A stretch of DNA of 64,000 nt, taken from assembly GCA_021298595.1 (NCBI GenBank), contig JAJTHL010000004.1, positions 10,070 to 74,069 of the forward strand. Direction: 5' to 3'. A model generated the notes under the pieces. It was not told the DNA's origin, made no database searches, and was given only the letters and a program-made list of their open reading frames with translations. The position numbers and the translations under genes are program-made. Shown in pieces: positions 36,295-46,557 of this stretch. Position 1 is the first letter of the stretch; every line of letters starts with the position of its first letter. The stretch is from Alphaproteobacteria bacterium (lineage in GTDB: Bacteria > Pseudomonadota > Alphaproteobacteria > Caedimonadales > UBA1908).

Positions 36295-38259
36295 TTATCC
36301 TTGGCTGGCCACATTCAAGTGGTTGTTCACTTCTTCAATGTGTTCGCGTCCCGCAAGAAGTTGCACTGACGAGCCTTCAAAGTCGTTGCCCACCTCTTCA
36401 CAGCGCCCTTTTAGCACCTGGGCTAAAAACGCTTCTGTGATGGCATAGAAAGAAAGTTTATTTTCGGGCCTCACAAACCCGTGCCCTTCATCGGGATAAA
36501 GCGCGTAGGTGACGGGAATCTTTTTTTCTTGAAGGGCGGCCACGATTTGGTCCGATTCGGCTTGCTTGACCCGGGGGTCGTTGGCACCCTGGGCAATAAG
36601 AAGGGGCTTACAAATCTTGTCACAGTGGGTTAAGGGCGAGCGTTCTTTGAGGAAGGCTTGCCCCTCTGGGGTTGCTGGGTCTGCCCCCAGCATCACGCGC
36701 ATGATATCAAGGACCGGTTTCCAGTAAGGCGGAATGGACTCGATCAAGGTCAAAAGATTGGACGGTCCTACAATATCGACCCCGCACACAAAAACGTTGG
36801 GTGTCATGGAAAGCCCCACAAGGGCTGCGTATCCGCCATAGCTTCCGCCCATGATGCAGATCTGGTCAGCGGTTGTGATCCTGTGGTCCACAGCCCACTT
36901 AACCGCATCGAGCAGGTCTTCGTGCATTTTACCGGCCCACTCGCCGTTACCTGCATGGATAAAGCGTTTGCCAAACCCCGTAGAGGCCCGGTAGTTGACG
37001 CTTAGGACCGCATAACCCCGGTTAGACAGCCACTGGTGAAGGGGATTATAGCCCCACCGTTCACGCGCCCGCGGCCCCCCGTGAATTTCAAGGATCAGGG
37101 GAAGTGGTCGCCCAGGCGTGATGCCATCATCCTTTGAGCTTCCAACCGGCAAAGTCAAATAGCTTACAAGGGTCAAGCCGTCCCGTGCCTTAATCAAACA
37201 CGGATGCATCCGGGCAAGGGTTAGCCCGTCTAGAGACTTTCTACTTGAGAACAAGAATGACACTTTTTTGGCGTCACGGTCATAGGTGTAATAAAGGTGC
37301 GCTGCCCGGTCCTGGGCAAAAACCACGATCCAGCGGCGCGCATCATAGCTTAGGCTCGTGATCTCTAAATCCCCTTCGGCCTGGGTTTTAAGAAAGGCGA
37401 TTTCTTCTTCGATCTTAGGATCAAAAAACTGCCACGCTTTGCGGTCATAGTTAGCGGCCGCCCCCCAAAGGGCCTTTGTTTCAGGATGAAGCAAGATATC
37501 TTCCATATCGGCGCGCGCGTCTTCGGCCAAAAGGGTCAGCTTTTTTGTGGCAAGGCAATACTTCATGAGGGCAGCTGTGTCTCGGCCCCTGCTATCCACG
37601 ATATAAAGATGTGTTTCGTTGCCGTCAAATCCCACAAGGGAGGTTGTCATCACATCATCGGGTGAGAGGGTCAAAAACTCTTGGGGCGCTTCAGGAGCGC
37701 TGACATCCAGGTAGCGCCCTCCTCCATCAGGAAGCGCTTCAAAGGCATAGCGGCACCGAAGATCCCTATCACACAAAAAGCCCGCGTATCCTTGGTCATT
37801 TTGAAAGATAAGGGTGCGCTTTCCGGTGCGTACGTCCACCCGGTAAACATCGTGGTGGGACGGATCTCGGTCGTTTAACGAAATCAGAATCTCCCCTTCA
37901 CACCGGGGGGACGCTGCCGTAATGGACGCGTGCACCCCTTTTGTGGGGGATAACGCCACAACCTCTTTGGTGCGTACATTCAAGGAATACACCGCCCAAT
38001 TTTCATCGCCGTCCTGGTCTTGTAAGTAGACAAGATGTTCACCCGTATAGGACCACATATAGCTGCGTATCCCGCGCCCCTTGTCCTGGGTCAAAGGCGT
38101 TTTCTCAAGGGGCTTTTCCCAGGGCGCAAGCCACAGGTTCAAGACGCCGTCCAAGGGAGCAACATAAACAAGCCACTTGCCGTCGGGGCTTACCTGGACA
38201 TTCAAGTGATCAGGGTTGCTGAAAAACGTGCGACGCGGAATAAGAGGGGCTTGGGTCAT
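36295..38259 (-). CDS. S9-family serine peptidase (prolyl oligopeptidase / dipeptidyl aminopeptidase-like)
   Basis: 654 aa. An N-terminal beta-propeller-like region is followed by a C-terminal alpha/beta domain with nucleophile GGSYGGY, then D and H (DEGHGF). Confidence 0.85.
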   Translation of the reverse strand: MTQAPLIPRRTFFSNPDHLNVQVSPDGKWLVYVAPLDGVLNLWLAPWEKPLEKTPLTQDKGRGIRSYMWSYTGEHLVYLQDQDGDENWAVYSLNVRTKEVVALSPTKGVHASITAASPRCEGEILISLNDRDPSHHDVYRVDVRTGKRTLIFQNDQGYAGFLCDRDLRCRYAFEALPDGGGRYLDVSAPEAPQEFLTLSPDDVMTTSLVGFDGNETHLYIVDSRGRDTAALMKYCLATKKLTLLAEDARADMEDILLHPETKALWGAAANYDRKAWQFFDPKIEEEIAFLKTQAEGDLEITSLSYDARRWIVVFAQDRAAHLYYTYDRDAKKVSFLFSSRKSLDGLTLARMHPCLIKARDGLTLVSYLTLPVGSSKDDGITPGRPLPLILEIHGGPRARERWGYNPLHQWLSNRGYAVLSVNYRASTGFGKRFIHAGNGEWAGKMHEDLLDAVKWAVDHRITTADQICIMGGSYGGYAALVGLSMTPNVFVCGVDIVGPSNLLTLIESIPPYWKPVLDIMRVMLGADPATPEGQAFLKERSPLTHCDKICKPLLIAQGANDPRVKQAESDQIVAALQEKKIPVTYALYPDEGHGFVRPENKLSFYAITEAFLAQVLKGRCEEVGNDFEGSSVQLLAGREHIEEVNNHLNVASQG

Positions 38260-38277
38260 GGACAGGTATCCTTTCTT

Positions 38278-39852
38278 CTAAAAAGCAAACAGATGACGAT
38301 AGCGGGAACTGACATAGGAAAGTCCTGTCAAAAACAGCATCACCAGCCAAAAAATTCTATCTTTCCAAAGGCTGTAAAGGGTTGGATGCCCAAGCTCTGT
38401 GGGAAGGCGTGTGTCAAGGACACCTTTTTCATCAAGATTAAGCCGTGCCACGATCCGACCATAAGCATCGATGACGGCCGAGATGCCGTTGTTGGCAACG
38501 CGCACCAGCGGAAGTCCTTCTTCGATGGCGCGCATGCGGGATATCTCAAAATGCTGATAAGGTCCCGACGTGCGGCCATACCACCCATCATTGGTCAGGT
38601 TTAAAAGCCATTGAGGTCTGTGCTTTTTAGGTGTCAGAGTACCTGGAAAAATGACCTCATAACAAATAAGGGGACTAAAGGGAGGAAGACCCATGAGAGA
38701 CACGGTTTTAGGCCCTGATCCAGGCGAATAATCAAGGGCACCCGCCGTGACTTTCTGAACAAAGCCGGGCAACAAGAATCTAAGCGGTACGTATTCCCCA
38801 AAGGGCACTAAGTGATGCTTGTTATAGGTCGCAAGGACATGGGCGTCTTTGCCAACAGCAATCATCCCGTTCCAAACAAGGTGTTCAGGGCCTTCTACTT
38901 TTTGACGAGGCACCCCTAAAATTACAGCGCCCCTATCATGTTCAACAAGGCTTGATAGGCGCGACATGACCACCGGGATTTCTTCTGCGAAAAAAGGCAG
39001 GGCTGCTTCTGGCCACAAAATGTGCGTAACCTCACGCCCTGAGGGCAAACGGCTAAGCCTCATCATCTCTTCAAAGATTTCGCGCCTCATTTTGGGATCC
39101 CATTTGAGGGATTGGGTAATACAGGGCTGGACAAGACGTAATTCGACCTCTGGCACGTAGGTTGTGGGGGTTAAAAGACGGTACCATCCCCAAAGGCCAA
39201 TGATCACCACCGCAAGCGCCCCCTGCCCTACATAGACCATGGGCCGAAGAGTCCGGCACGCCAGGGGAAGGCCTGCTACAAGCACGGTAAGAAGACTTAA
39301 AAAATAAATGCCCCCAAAGCTGGCAATCTGAGAAATTTCAAGGGGTGTCACCCACGCATATCCCACAAGACCCCACGGAAAGCCCGTAAACCAATGCCCC
39401 CGACACCACTCGGCAAGCATCCAACACACGGCAAAAAGAAGATAACTTTCTCGCCCCTTAAAAAGTTGTGTCACAATCCCGTGATACACCGCCATGGCCG
39501 CCATGACAAAGAGGGTCAAAATGGCCGGAAGACCCAGAACAGAAAAAGGAATCATCCACCAAAATTTAGCCATATCCACATGAAAGGCAAACGCAATCCA
39601 ATAAAGAACCGGGACAAAGTACCCCATGGTAAAGGAAAAGGTTAGGATCATTTTCCCTTTGAGCGAACGCCCTGTGATAAGGAGAAAGAAAAGCGGAAAC
39701 GACACCCACAAAAAGGCACGCACCATAAAAGGCGCCTGGGTCAGGGCAAGAATCCCGCCCAAGATAAGGCACAATAAGGTCTTTTTTTTAAGGGAAAGGG
39801 CCGCAAGCCAGTGCTGCCCCTTTTCAAAAAACGACTTTATCTGATCCGTCAT
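38278..39852 (-). CDS. lnt: apolipoprotein N-acyltransferase
   Basis: 524 aa. N-terminal multi-TM domain plus a C-terminal nitrilase-type CN-hydrolase domain (WPE, K, and C in PLICYE). It occupies the conserved position after corC. Confidence 0.9.
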   Translation of the reverse strand: MTDQIKSFFEKGQHWLAALSLKKKTLLCLILGGILALTQAPFMVRAFLWVSFPLFFLLITGRSLKGKMILTFSFTMGYFVPVLYWIAFAFHVDMAKFWWMIPFSVLGLPAILTLFVMAAMAVYHGIVTQLFKGRESYLLFAVCWMLAEWCRGHWFTGFPWGLVGYAWVTPLEISQIASFGGIYFLSLLTVLVAGLPLACRTLRPMVYVGQGALAVVIIGLWGWYRLLTPTTYVPEVELRLVQPCITQSLKWDPKMRREIFEEMMRLSRLPSGREVTHILWPEAALPFFAEEIPVVMSRLSSLVEHDRGAVILGVPRQKVEGPEHLVWNGMIAVGKDAHVLATYNKHHLVPFGEYVPLRFLLPGFVQKVTAGALDYSPGSGPKTVSLMGLPPFSPLICYEVIFPGTLTPKKHRPQWLLNLTNDGWYGRTSGPYQHFEISRMRAIEEGLPLVRVANNGISAVIDAYGRIVARLNLDEKGVLDTRLPTELGHPTLYSLWKDRIFWLVMLFLTGLSYVSSRYRHLFAF

Positions 39853-40688
39853 CTTGTGTCACGGATACGCACTTTAAGAACGCGCCTGGGGTTTACCTCT
39901 AAAATTTCAAAGGTCAGGCCCTGGGGGTGGGTCACGATTTCAAACCGGTCCGGCACGCGCCCCAAAAGCGACACAATCAGACCGCCAAGGGTTTCAATGT
40001 CATCATCTTCTTGTTCAGCGCTCAGGGTCAAGGAAAAGGTTTCCATCAAGGTTTCGATGGGAAGCCGGGCGTCTGCCTCAAACACTTTTTCCTCAGTTTT
40101 CACAAGGGCCGGAAGCGTGTCTTCCAAAGAGACATCATCAATATCCCCCACAATGGCACGCACAATATCGCCGTACGTGACAAGACCGTCAACGCCGCCA
40201 AGCTCGTCCACCACCACGGCCAAAGGAATCTGGCTTGCCTTCATTTGCATCAAAAGATGCAAGACCGAACGTGACGGGGAAATAAACAAAATTTTTCGGG
40301 TAATGGTTTTCAGGGAAAAGGGCTTTGCCTTATCCAAAAACTGATAAATATCTTTAACACGAATAAAGCCTCTGATATCATCAATGTCTTGCCCATAAAC
40401 AATGAACCTCGTGTAAGGCGTTTTGGCAACGGCGGCTGCAAGCTCTTCCAAGGTCACATCCCGGCTCACGGCTTTAATCTCCACCCGGGGCACTTTCACG
40501 TCATCGGCCGTGACATAATGCAGTTTTAAGATATTGCTGAGTAAATAACACTCTTCGCGGTCGAGGGAAGCTGGTTCTGGTTCATTTTGCGCTAACAACG
40601 CCGTGATCTTATGGCGACGAGAGAGGGTCGCTTTATTACGAAAAAGAACCTTCTTTAAAAACTTTATCATGGGCGGACGATACGACAC
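39849..40688 (-). CDS. corC: CBS-pair / CorC_HlyC domain protein (YbeX/CorC, hemolysin-C-like)
   Basis: 279 aa with two CBS motifs and a C-terminal transporter-associated domain. Synteny ybeZ-ybeY-ybeX-lnt. Confidence 0.85.
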   Translation of the reverse strand: MSYRPPMIKFLKKVLFRNKATLSRRHKITALLAQNEPEPASLDREECYLLSNILKLHYVTADDVKVPRVEIKAVSRDVTLEELAAAVAKTPYTRFIVYGQDIDDIRGFIRVKDIYQFLDKAKPFSLKTITRKILFISPSRSVLHLLMQMKASQIPLAVVVDELGGVDGLVTYGDIVRAIVGDIDDVSLEDTLPALVKTEEKVFEADARLPIETLMETFSLTLSAEQEDDDIETLGGLIVSLLGRVPDRFEIVTHPQGLTFEILEVNPRRVLKVRIRDTR

Positions 40689-40693
40689 TCCTT

Positions 40694-41218
40694 CTATATT
40701 TTACCTTCAGCGATTATATAAGGGTTTGAAATCCCAACACCAGCCAAAATCTCACATTCTAGCCCCTCCATCAAGGCTGCTTCTTCGTCCTCCATATGAT
40801 CGTGCCCCAAAAGATGAAGGGTTCCATGGACAACCAAGTGAGAAAAGTGATCTAGGACAGATTTTTCCTCCAACGCGCTTTCACGCTTCAGGGTGTCAAG
40901 GGAAAACACAAGATCCCCAATCAGAAACGGTCTTTCAGGATCTTGAAGACGCGTCCATTCCTCTTGTGTCAGGGGCGCGTTAAATACCCCAAAGGACAAC
41001 ACGTTGGTGGCGACGTCTTTTCCGCGATAGACCGCGTTCATGGGGCGAATTCCTTTGTCATTGGTCAAAAGAACACTGATTTCACAGACACTTTCAATAA
41101 ACGGCGCCATTTTTTCACAGACAAGCTTGCAAAGCTCTTGGGTTACATTTTCGGGATTAAATTCCAAGTCGCGCCATCCGTCATCGTCAAAGGTTACCTG
41201 CACGTCCAAGGGTGACAT
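40694..41218 (-). CDS. ybeY: rRNA maturation endoribonuclease YbeY
   Basis: Zinc motif HGTLHLLGHDH. I prefer the ATG at 41218 (MSPLDVQV), immediately after the phoH stop, over the track start at 41302. Confidence 0.9.
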   Translation of the reverse strand: MSPLDVQVTFDDDGWRDLEFNPENVTQELCKLVCEKMAPFIESVCEISVLLTNDKGIRPMNAVYRGKDVATNVLSFGVFNAPLTQEEWTRLQDPERPFLIGDLVFSLDTLKRESALEEKSVLDHFSHLVVHGTLHLLGHDHMEDEEAALMEGLECEILAGVGISNPYIIAEGKI

Positions 41219-41219
41219 C

Positions 41220-42215
41220 TTAAAACCCTCCTGAATCGCGACTAGTGGTAGCCGCTTCATAAGCCTCCACAATCCGTGCAACCAAAGGATGGCGCACCAC
41301 ATCGGATCTTGTAAGCCTGCAAATCTGAACGCCGTCTACGCGGGGAAGAAGGGTCAGCGCTTGGGCAAGCCCTGACTTGACACCTTGGGGCAAGTCAATC
41401 TGGCTTAAGTCCCCTGTGATGACCATACGAGAGCCTTCTCCGAGTCTTGTGAGGAACATCTTCATCTGGGCTTGGGTCGTGTTTTGAGCTTCGTCCAAAA
41501 TGACGTAAGCCCGGGCAAGGGTGCGCCCGCGCATAAAAGCCAAGGGCGCGATTTCAATATCTCCCCGCTCCACCCGCTTGGTGAGCTTATCCCCAGGCAG
41601 CATATCATACAGGGCGTCATAAAGGGGGCGCAAATACGGATCTACTTTTTCTTTGATGTCACCGGGAAGAAACCCCAAATGCTCTCCTGCCTCCACCACG
41701 GGCCGTGACAAAATAATGCGGTCCACTACTCCCGAGAGCAAAAGAGAGACACCCATGGCGACGGCCAGGTAGGTTTTGCCCGTTCCAGCAGGCCCTTCGG
41801 CAAAAACCATCTCGTGCTTTTTAAGGGCGTCCATATACTGCTCTTGGCCCGACGTACGCGGCAAAACGACATAGCGTCTTGTGGGAATGGAAAGCTCAAA
41901 GGCGCGCCCGCCAGGCGTCGTTGTTTGCGCCTTATTGATTTCAGCCAGGACCAGGCGAATGGTCGCTTCAACTTCTGCTTGGCTGACAACCATCCCGTGG
42001 CTCAGGCGGTCGTAAAGACGGGTTAGAATAACATGGGCGGCAGCCACCTGTTCCCTCGCCCCTGTCACAGACAAACGTCCAGCTTTGTGCTCAATGTTTA
42101 CATCCAACACTTGAGCGACTTGTCTTGTGTAGCGCTCTTTTTCACCTAGTAAAAGGGGGATTAAGCGGTGGTCTTCAAAATCTAGTTGCTGTGTAATCGT
42201 TTGCCCGTGCGCCAC
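41220..42215 (-). CDS. phoH: PhoH-family ATPase (YbeZ)
   Basis: Walker A GPAGTGKTYLAV. The PhoH signature ILSRPVVEAGE.LGFLPGD...K..PYLRPLYDAL and VILDEAQN are present. Confidence 0.9.
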   Translation of the reverse strand: MAHGQTITQQLDFEDHRLIPLLLGEKERYTRQVAQVLDVNIEHKAGRLSVTGAREQVAAAHVILTRLYDRLSHGMVVSQAEVEATIRLVLAEINKAQTTTPGGRAFELSIPTRRYVVLPRTSGQEQYMDALKKHEMVFAEGPAGTGKTYLAVAMGVSLLLSGVVDRIILSRPVVEAGEHLGFLPGDIKEKVDPYLRPLYDALYDMLPGDKLTKRVERGDIEIAPLAFMRGRTLARAYVILDEAQNTTQAQMKMFLTRLGEGSRMVITGDLSQIDLPQGVKSGLAQALTLLPRVDGVQICRLTRSDVVRHPLVARIVEAYEAATTSRDSGGF

Positions 42216-42245
42216 AATATCCCCTTTTAATTTATTATGTTATGC

Positions 42246-43631
42246 TTAAAACCGTCCCTGCAAAACAGACTGGCTCAAGACCACCTCACCCGTCAAGCTG
42301 CTTAAGGTTGCTCCCGTTATCTTAACAGAAATAATCTGTCCCAACAGCCTTTCTGGTGCTGTTGCATACACTGACTGCAAATAAGGGCTGCGCCCAGCAA
42401 GCTGGCCTTCGCGGCGACCTTTTTTCTCAAACAAAACAGGCATTTCTTGTCCAATACAGTTTTGGTTAAAGATTTTTTGCTGGGTTTGCAAGAGGTCTTG
42501 CAGACGCGCAAGACGTTCTTTTTTCACGTCTTCCGGCACTTGGTGATCAAGGGCTGAGGCTGGCGTACCTGGGCGCTTGCTGTACGCAAAGGAGTAAGCG
42601 GCTGCGTAGCCAACCTCTTCTACAGCACGTAATGTCTCGGTAAAGTCTGATTCTGTTTCACCGGGATATCCCACAATAAAATCCGACGTAAAGGCAATAT
42701 CAGAACGTGCCTGCCTAAATTTATCAAGGGTCCTTTTATAAACGTCAAAGGTGTGTTGACGGTTCATGGCTTGCAAAATACGGTCAGAGCCTGACTGAAG
42801 GGGCAAATGCAAATAGGGCATGAGAATACCCACATTTTTGTGAGCGAGGATCAGTTCGTCATTAACGTCCCTTGGGTGTGACGTCATATAGCGCAGGCGC
42901 TTGAGGCTTGGAATTTGATCAGCAAGTTCGTGACAAAGGCGCCCCAGTGACCATGTGCCTTTACCCGGCGCGTCGCCGTGGTAGGCATTGACGTTTTGCC
43001 CAAGAAGCGTAATTTCTTGCACGCCGCCTGTCACCAATTCTTTGGCTTCTTTGATGACGTCCTTGGCTGGGCGCGAGTATTCAGCGCCCCTTGTATAAGG
43101 CACCACACAAAAGTGACAGAATTTATCGCATCCTTCTTGAATCGCAAGAAACGCTGTATAACCGGTGGGACGCGCCTGTGGCAAGCTATCAAACTTTGAC
43201 TCGGGGGGAAAATCGACCTCTAGGACCCCTCGCCCTTCGCGAATACCGGTTTCGGCAGACCTAACGGCGCGTGCTATAATCTCAGGCAGTTTGTGATAGG
43301 ACTGCGGCCCAAAGACCGCGTCCACAATGGGCATACGCCGCATGATCTCAGCCCCTTCCGCCTGGGCTGTACACCCTGCCACGGCCAAAATCTGGGTCTT
43401 TCCTTGGGCAAGCCGCTCTTCTTTAAAAGGGCGAAGGCGCCCGAGATCAGAGTAAACTTTTTCTGTGGCTTTTTCACGAATATGACACGTATTCAAAATG
43501 ACAAGATCAGCCTGCGCCGGGTCTTGTGTCGCGGCGTATCCCAGGGGAGCTAAAAGGTCTGCCATCCTTGTCGAGTCATACTCGTTCATTTGACAGCCAT
43601 AGGTTTTAATAAAGAGCTTCTTGGGATCCAA
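42246..43631 (-). CDS. miaB: tRNA-i6A37 methylthiotransferase MiaB
   Basis: TYGCQMNEYDS, radical-SAM CxxxCxxC (CDKFCHFC) and a TRAM C-terminus. The start codon at 43631 is TTG. Confidence 0.95.
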   Translation of the reverse strand: MDPKKLFIKTYGCQMNEYDSTRMADLLAPLGYAATQDPAQADLVILNTCHIREKATEKVYSDLGRLRPFKEERLAQGKTQILAVAGCTAQAEGAEIMRRMPIVDAVFGPQSYHKLPEIIARAVRSAETGIREGRGVLEVDFPPESKFDSLPQARPTGYTAFLAIQEGCDKFCHFCVVPYTRGAEYSRPAKDVIKEAKELVTGGVQEITLLGQNVNAYHGDAPGKGTWSLGRLCHELADQIPSLKRLRYMTSHPRDVNDELILAHKNVGILMPYLHLPLQSGSDRILQAMNRQHTFDVYKRTLDKFRQARSDIAFTSDFIVGYPGETESDFTETLRAVEEVGYAAAYSFAYSKRPGTPASALDHQVPEDVKKERLARLQDLLQTQQKIFNQNCIGQEMPVLFEKKGRREGQLAGRSPYLQSVYATAPERLLGQIISVKITGATLSSLTGEVVLSQSVLQGRF

Positions 43632-43682
43632 CGCTGATTCTCACATTTATAGTTTTAAGGGGAAACACCCCCTCGTTTAACG

Positions 43683-43714
43683 CAAAAAGCGCAGAAGAAC
43701 AAGTCTTCCGCGCT
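43683..43714 (-). terminator. rho-independent terminator after mucR
   Basis: The minus-strand RNA reads AGCGCGGAAGA-CUUGU-UCUUCUGCGCU, an 11-bp stem with one G-U pair, followed by UUUUUG. Confidence 0.8.
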
Positions 43715-43740
43715 TATTTTAAAGAAAAAGCAAGAAACGC

Positions 43741-44208
43741 TTAAGCAGCCTTTTGCTCTAACTTCTTACGACGACGGCCAAGGCCAATCTTCATGGCAAG
43801 ATCACTACGTTGTCTTGCATAGCTTGGGGCGACCATAGGATAGTCAGCAGAAAGGCCCCAACGCTCGCGGTATTGCTCTGGTGTCATATTATAGGCGGTC
43901 TTGAGGTGACGCTTTAACATTTTCAGTTGCTTACCATCTTCAAGACAGACGATGTAGTCCTCGTGGACAGAATCCTCGATGGAGACGACGGGATCTGGAC
44001 GACCAAGAGTCGAAGCCCGCCCGCCATTAAACTCAGAAAGCGTTGCGTAAATTGTCTTCAAAACCTCAGGAAGCGCTGAGAGCTCTACCTGATTTCCAGA
44101 GACATACGCCGCCGCAATGTCGGCCGCCATGCTGAGAAGTTCAGCAGACGTCAAAGCATAAGCTTCTGTATCTTGATAATCCATAATCCAATCCTCACTT
44201 GTTTGCAT
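43741..44208 (-). CDS. mucR: Ros/MucR-family transcriptional regulator (variant zinc-ligand set)
   Basis: DYIVCLEDGKQLKMLKRHLKTAYNMTPEQYRERWGLSADYPMVAPSYARQRSDLAMKIGLG aligns with Ros [47 protein letters not shown]. Alternative start at 44184. Confidence 0.85.
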   Translation of the reverse strand: MQTSEDWIMDYQDTEAYALTSAELLSMAADIAAAYVSGNQVELSALPEVLKTIYATLSEFNGGRASTLGRPDPVVSIEDSVHEDYIVCLEDGKQLKMLKRHLKTAYNMTPEQYRERWGLSADYPMVAPSYARQRSDLAMKIGLGRRRKKLEQKAA

Positions 44209-44280
44209 TCAAATCTAACCTCTGATTATTATCACTTTCATTGTCTTAGAGTAAGCTGAGACAATAATCAAGACTATTTT

Positions 44281-44745
44281 TTACATTTTTTGCTTTTTTT
44301 GAAAAGAGGTCGCACGCATCACAAGGGCATCCTCGTTTTTGCCTAATTTAGTGTAATATTCTTTCCTAAGTCCACATTTACTAAAATTTAATGATTTGTA
44401 TAATGAGATTGCTTTTTTGTTGTTTGTGGACACTTCTAAGAAACAGGATTCTCCTTTTGTGGCAAAAAAGCCTTCTAGAAAGGTTTCTAAAAGCCCATAC
44501 GCTAGGCGTTTCCTACGATAATCAGCATGTGTCATCAAAGTAATGATATCCGCATTTTCTTGCACGCGGTTCACCATCAGGGCCGCCACCAAGTCCTCTT
44601 GGCAAAATAATCCTTCTGCCCATATTTGGGGGGATGAAAGTAATGAAATAAATTCATCTTGACGCCAGGCTTTGGGAAAGCACGGCCCATGAAGCGCCGC
44701 ACAAGCGGGTGCGTCATGGGGCGTAAGCTTTCTTTGAACAAGCAT
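44281..44745 (-). CDS. GNAT-family N-acetyltransferase (RimI-like)
   Basis: 154 aa. Acetyl-CoA motif HADYRRKRLAYGLL and NKKAISLYKSLNF. Confidence 0.6.
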   Translation of the reverse strand: MLVQRKLTPHDAPACAALHGPCFPKAWRQDEFISLLSSPQIWAEGLFCQEDLVAALMVNRVQENADIITLMTHADYRRKRLAYGLLETFLEGFFATKGESCFLEVSTNNKKAISLYKSLNFSKCGLRKEYYTKLGKNEDALVMRATSFQKKQKM

Positions 44746-44751
44746 TTGGCC

Positions 44752-46557
44752 TTATTCTTTTCCAGTGCGAAGGGCCGCAAGGAAGGCACTTTGCGGAATC
44801 TCAACCTTGCCGAATTGACGCATCCTTTTCTTACCTTCTTTTTGTTTATCAAGAAGTTTACGCTTACGGGAAACGTCACCGCCGTAACATTTAGCCGTGA
44901 CGTCCTTACGCATGGCTGACACGGTTTCACGCGCAATGACCTTGGCGCCAATGGCAGCCTGAATCGCAATTTTGAAAAGTTGTTTAGGGATCAGGTCTTT
45001 GAGACGCGCACAAAGGGCGCGCCCTCGCGCTTCTGCGTGGGAGCGGTGCACCATGCAAGACAGAGCGTCCACAGGCTCGCTGTTCACAAGGATGCTCATC
45101 TTGACCAAGTCCCCCTCGCGGTAACCATCCATCTCATAGTCAAAGCTGGCGTACCCGCGGGAGACAGACTTGAGACGGTCATAAAAATCAAAGACGATTT
45201 CGTTAAGGGGCAAGCGGTAAACCAGCATGGCGCGCCCCCCCACATAGGTCATGTCCATCTGCTCGCCGCGCCGCTCTGTACAAAGGGATAAAACGCTTCC
45301 CAAGAATTCGTCAGGTACCATGATGGTCGCTTTGATCCAGGGCTCTTCAATGCGCTCGATCTTCATCACGTCAGGAAAGTCCGCGGGGTTATGGAGCTCA
45401 ATCATGGATCCCGTCTTCATGTGGAGGTGATAAATCACACTGGGCGCAGTGGTCACAAGATCAAGATTAAACTCACGCTCAAGACGTTCTTGAATAATCT
45501 CAAGGTGCAAAAGCCCTAGGAAACCGCAGCGAAACCCGAACCCAAGGGCGGCCGACGTTTCAGCCTCAAAGCTAAAGCTCGCATCATTAAGACGGAGCTT
45601 GGCAAGGCTGTCACGGAGCTCTTCAAAGTTTGCGGCGTCCGTTGGGAAAAGACCGCAAAAGACTACGGGCACACTTGGCTTAAAGCCAGGAAGAGGTGTG
45701 GGGGTTGGGTTTTTCTCAAGGGTAATGGTATCACCCACCTTACAATCTGCCACATGTTTGATGCTGGCCGTCATAAAGCCCACTTCACCGGGATGAAGGG
45801 ATTTCACCATTTGCTTTTTCGGCGAGAAATAACCAACGTTATCAACTTGGTAATTTGCACCTGTGGCCATCATCTGGATTTTTGCACCCTGGGAGAGAAC
45901 ACCTTCCATGACGCGCACCAAAATAATCACCCCCAGGTACGGATCGTACCAGCTGTCAATCAGCATGGCCTTGAGAGGCACGTTTTCGGCACCTGTGGGC
46001 GCTGGAATCCTGGCCACGATTTGCTCTAGCAAGTCTTCAATACCAATCCCACTTTTGGCCGACACAAGGGCGGCTTCACTGGCGTCAATGCCAATGACGT
46101 CCTCGATTTGGGTCCGCACCCGTTCGGGTTCGGCCGCTGGCAAGTCGATCTTATTGAGTGCCACAATAATTTCGTGATTATGGTCAATAGCTTGGTAAAC
46201 GTTGGCAAGGGTTTGCGCCTCAACGCCCTGGCTTGCATCCACCACCAAAATCGACCCTTCACAGGCCGCCAAAGACCGGCTAACCTCGTAGGCAAAGTCC
46301 ACGTGACCCGGCGTGTCCATCAAGTTTAATTGATAGGTTTTGCCGTCCTTAGCCTTGTAACGAAGACGAACGGTTTGTGCTTTAATGGTAATGCCGCGCT
46401 CGCGCTCGATATCCATGTTATCCAGCATTTGCTCTTTTAATTCGCGCATTTCCACGCCGCCGCAATACTGAATCAACCGGTCAGCCAAGGTCGACTTTCC
46501 GTGGTCAATATGGGCAATAATCGCAAAGTTACGAATTAGACTTGTAGACTCACTCAT
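44752..46557 (-). CDS. lepA: translation elongation factor 4 (LepA)
   Basis: [33 protein letters not shown], and the LepA-specific C-terminus ...[30 protein letters not shown]. Confidence 0.97.
   Translation of the reverse strand: MSESTSLIRNFAIIAHIDHGKSTLADRLIQYCGGVEMRELKEQMLDNMDIERERGITIKAQTVRLRYKAKDGKTYQLNLMDTPGHVDFAYEVSRSLAACEGSILVVDASQGVEAQTLANVYQAIDHNHEIIVALNKIDLPAAEPERVRTQIEDVIGIDASEAALVSAKSGIGIEDLLEQIVARIPAPTGAENVPLKAMLIDSWYDPYLGVIILVRVMEGVLSQGAKIQMMATGANYQVDNVGYFSPKKQMVKSLHPGEVGFMTASIKHVADCKVGDTITLEKNPTPTPLPGFKPSVPVVFCGLFPTDAANFEELRDSLAKLRLNDASFSFEAETSAALGFGFRCGFLGLLHLEIIQERLEREFNLDLVTTAPSVIYHLHMKTGSMIELHNPADFPDVMKIERIEEPWIKATIMVPDEFLGSVLSLCTERRGEQMDMTYVGGRAMLVYRLPLNEIVFDFYDRLKSVSRGYASFDYEMDGYREGDLVKMSILVNSEPVDALSCMVHRSHAEARGRALCARLKDLIPKQLFKIAIQAAIGAKVIARETVSAMRKDVTAKCYGGDVSRKRKLLDKQKEGKKRMRQFGKVEIPQSAFLAALRTGKE

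Noticed and set aside
36151-36369. 72-aa plus-strand ORF
   Set aside because: It is the reverse reading of the tRNA-Arg gene and of the 3' end of the S9 peptidase gene.
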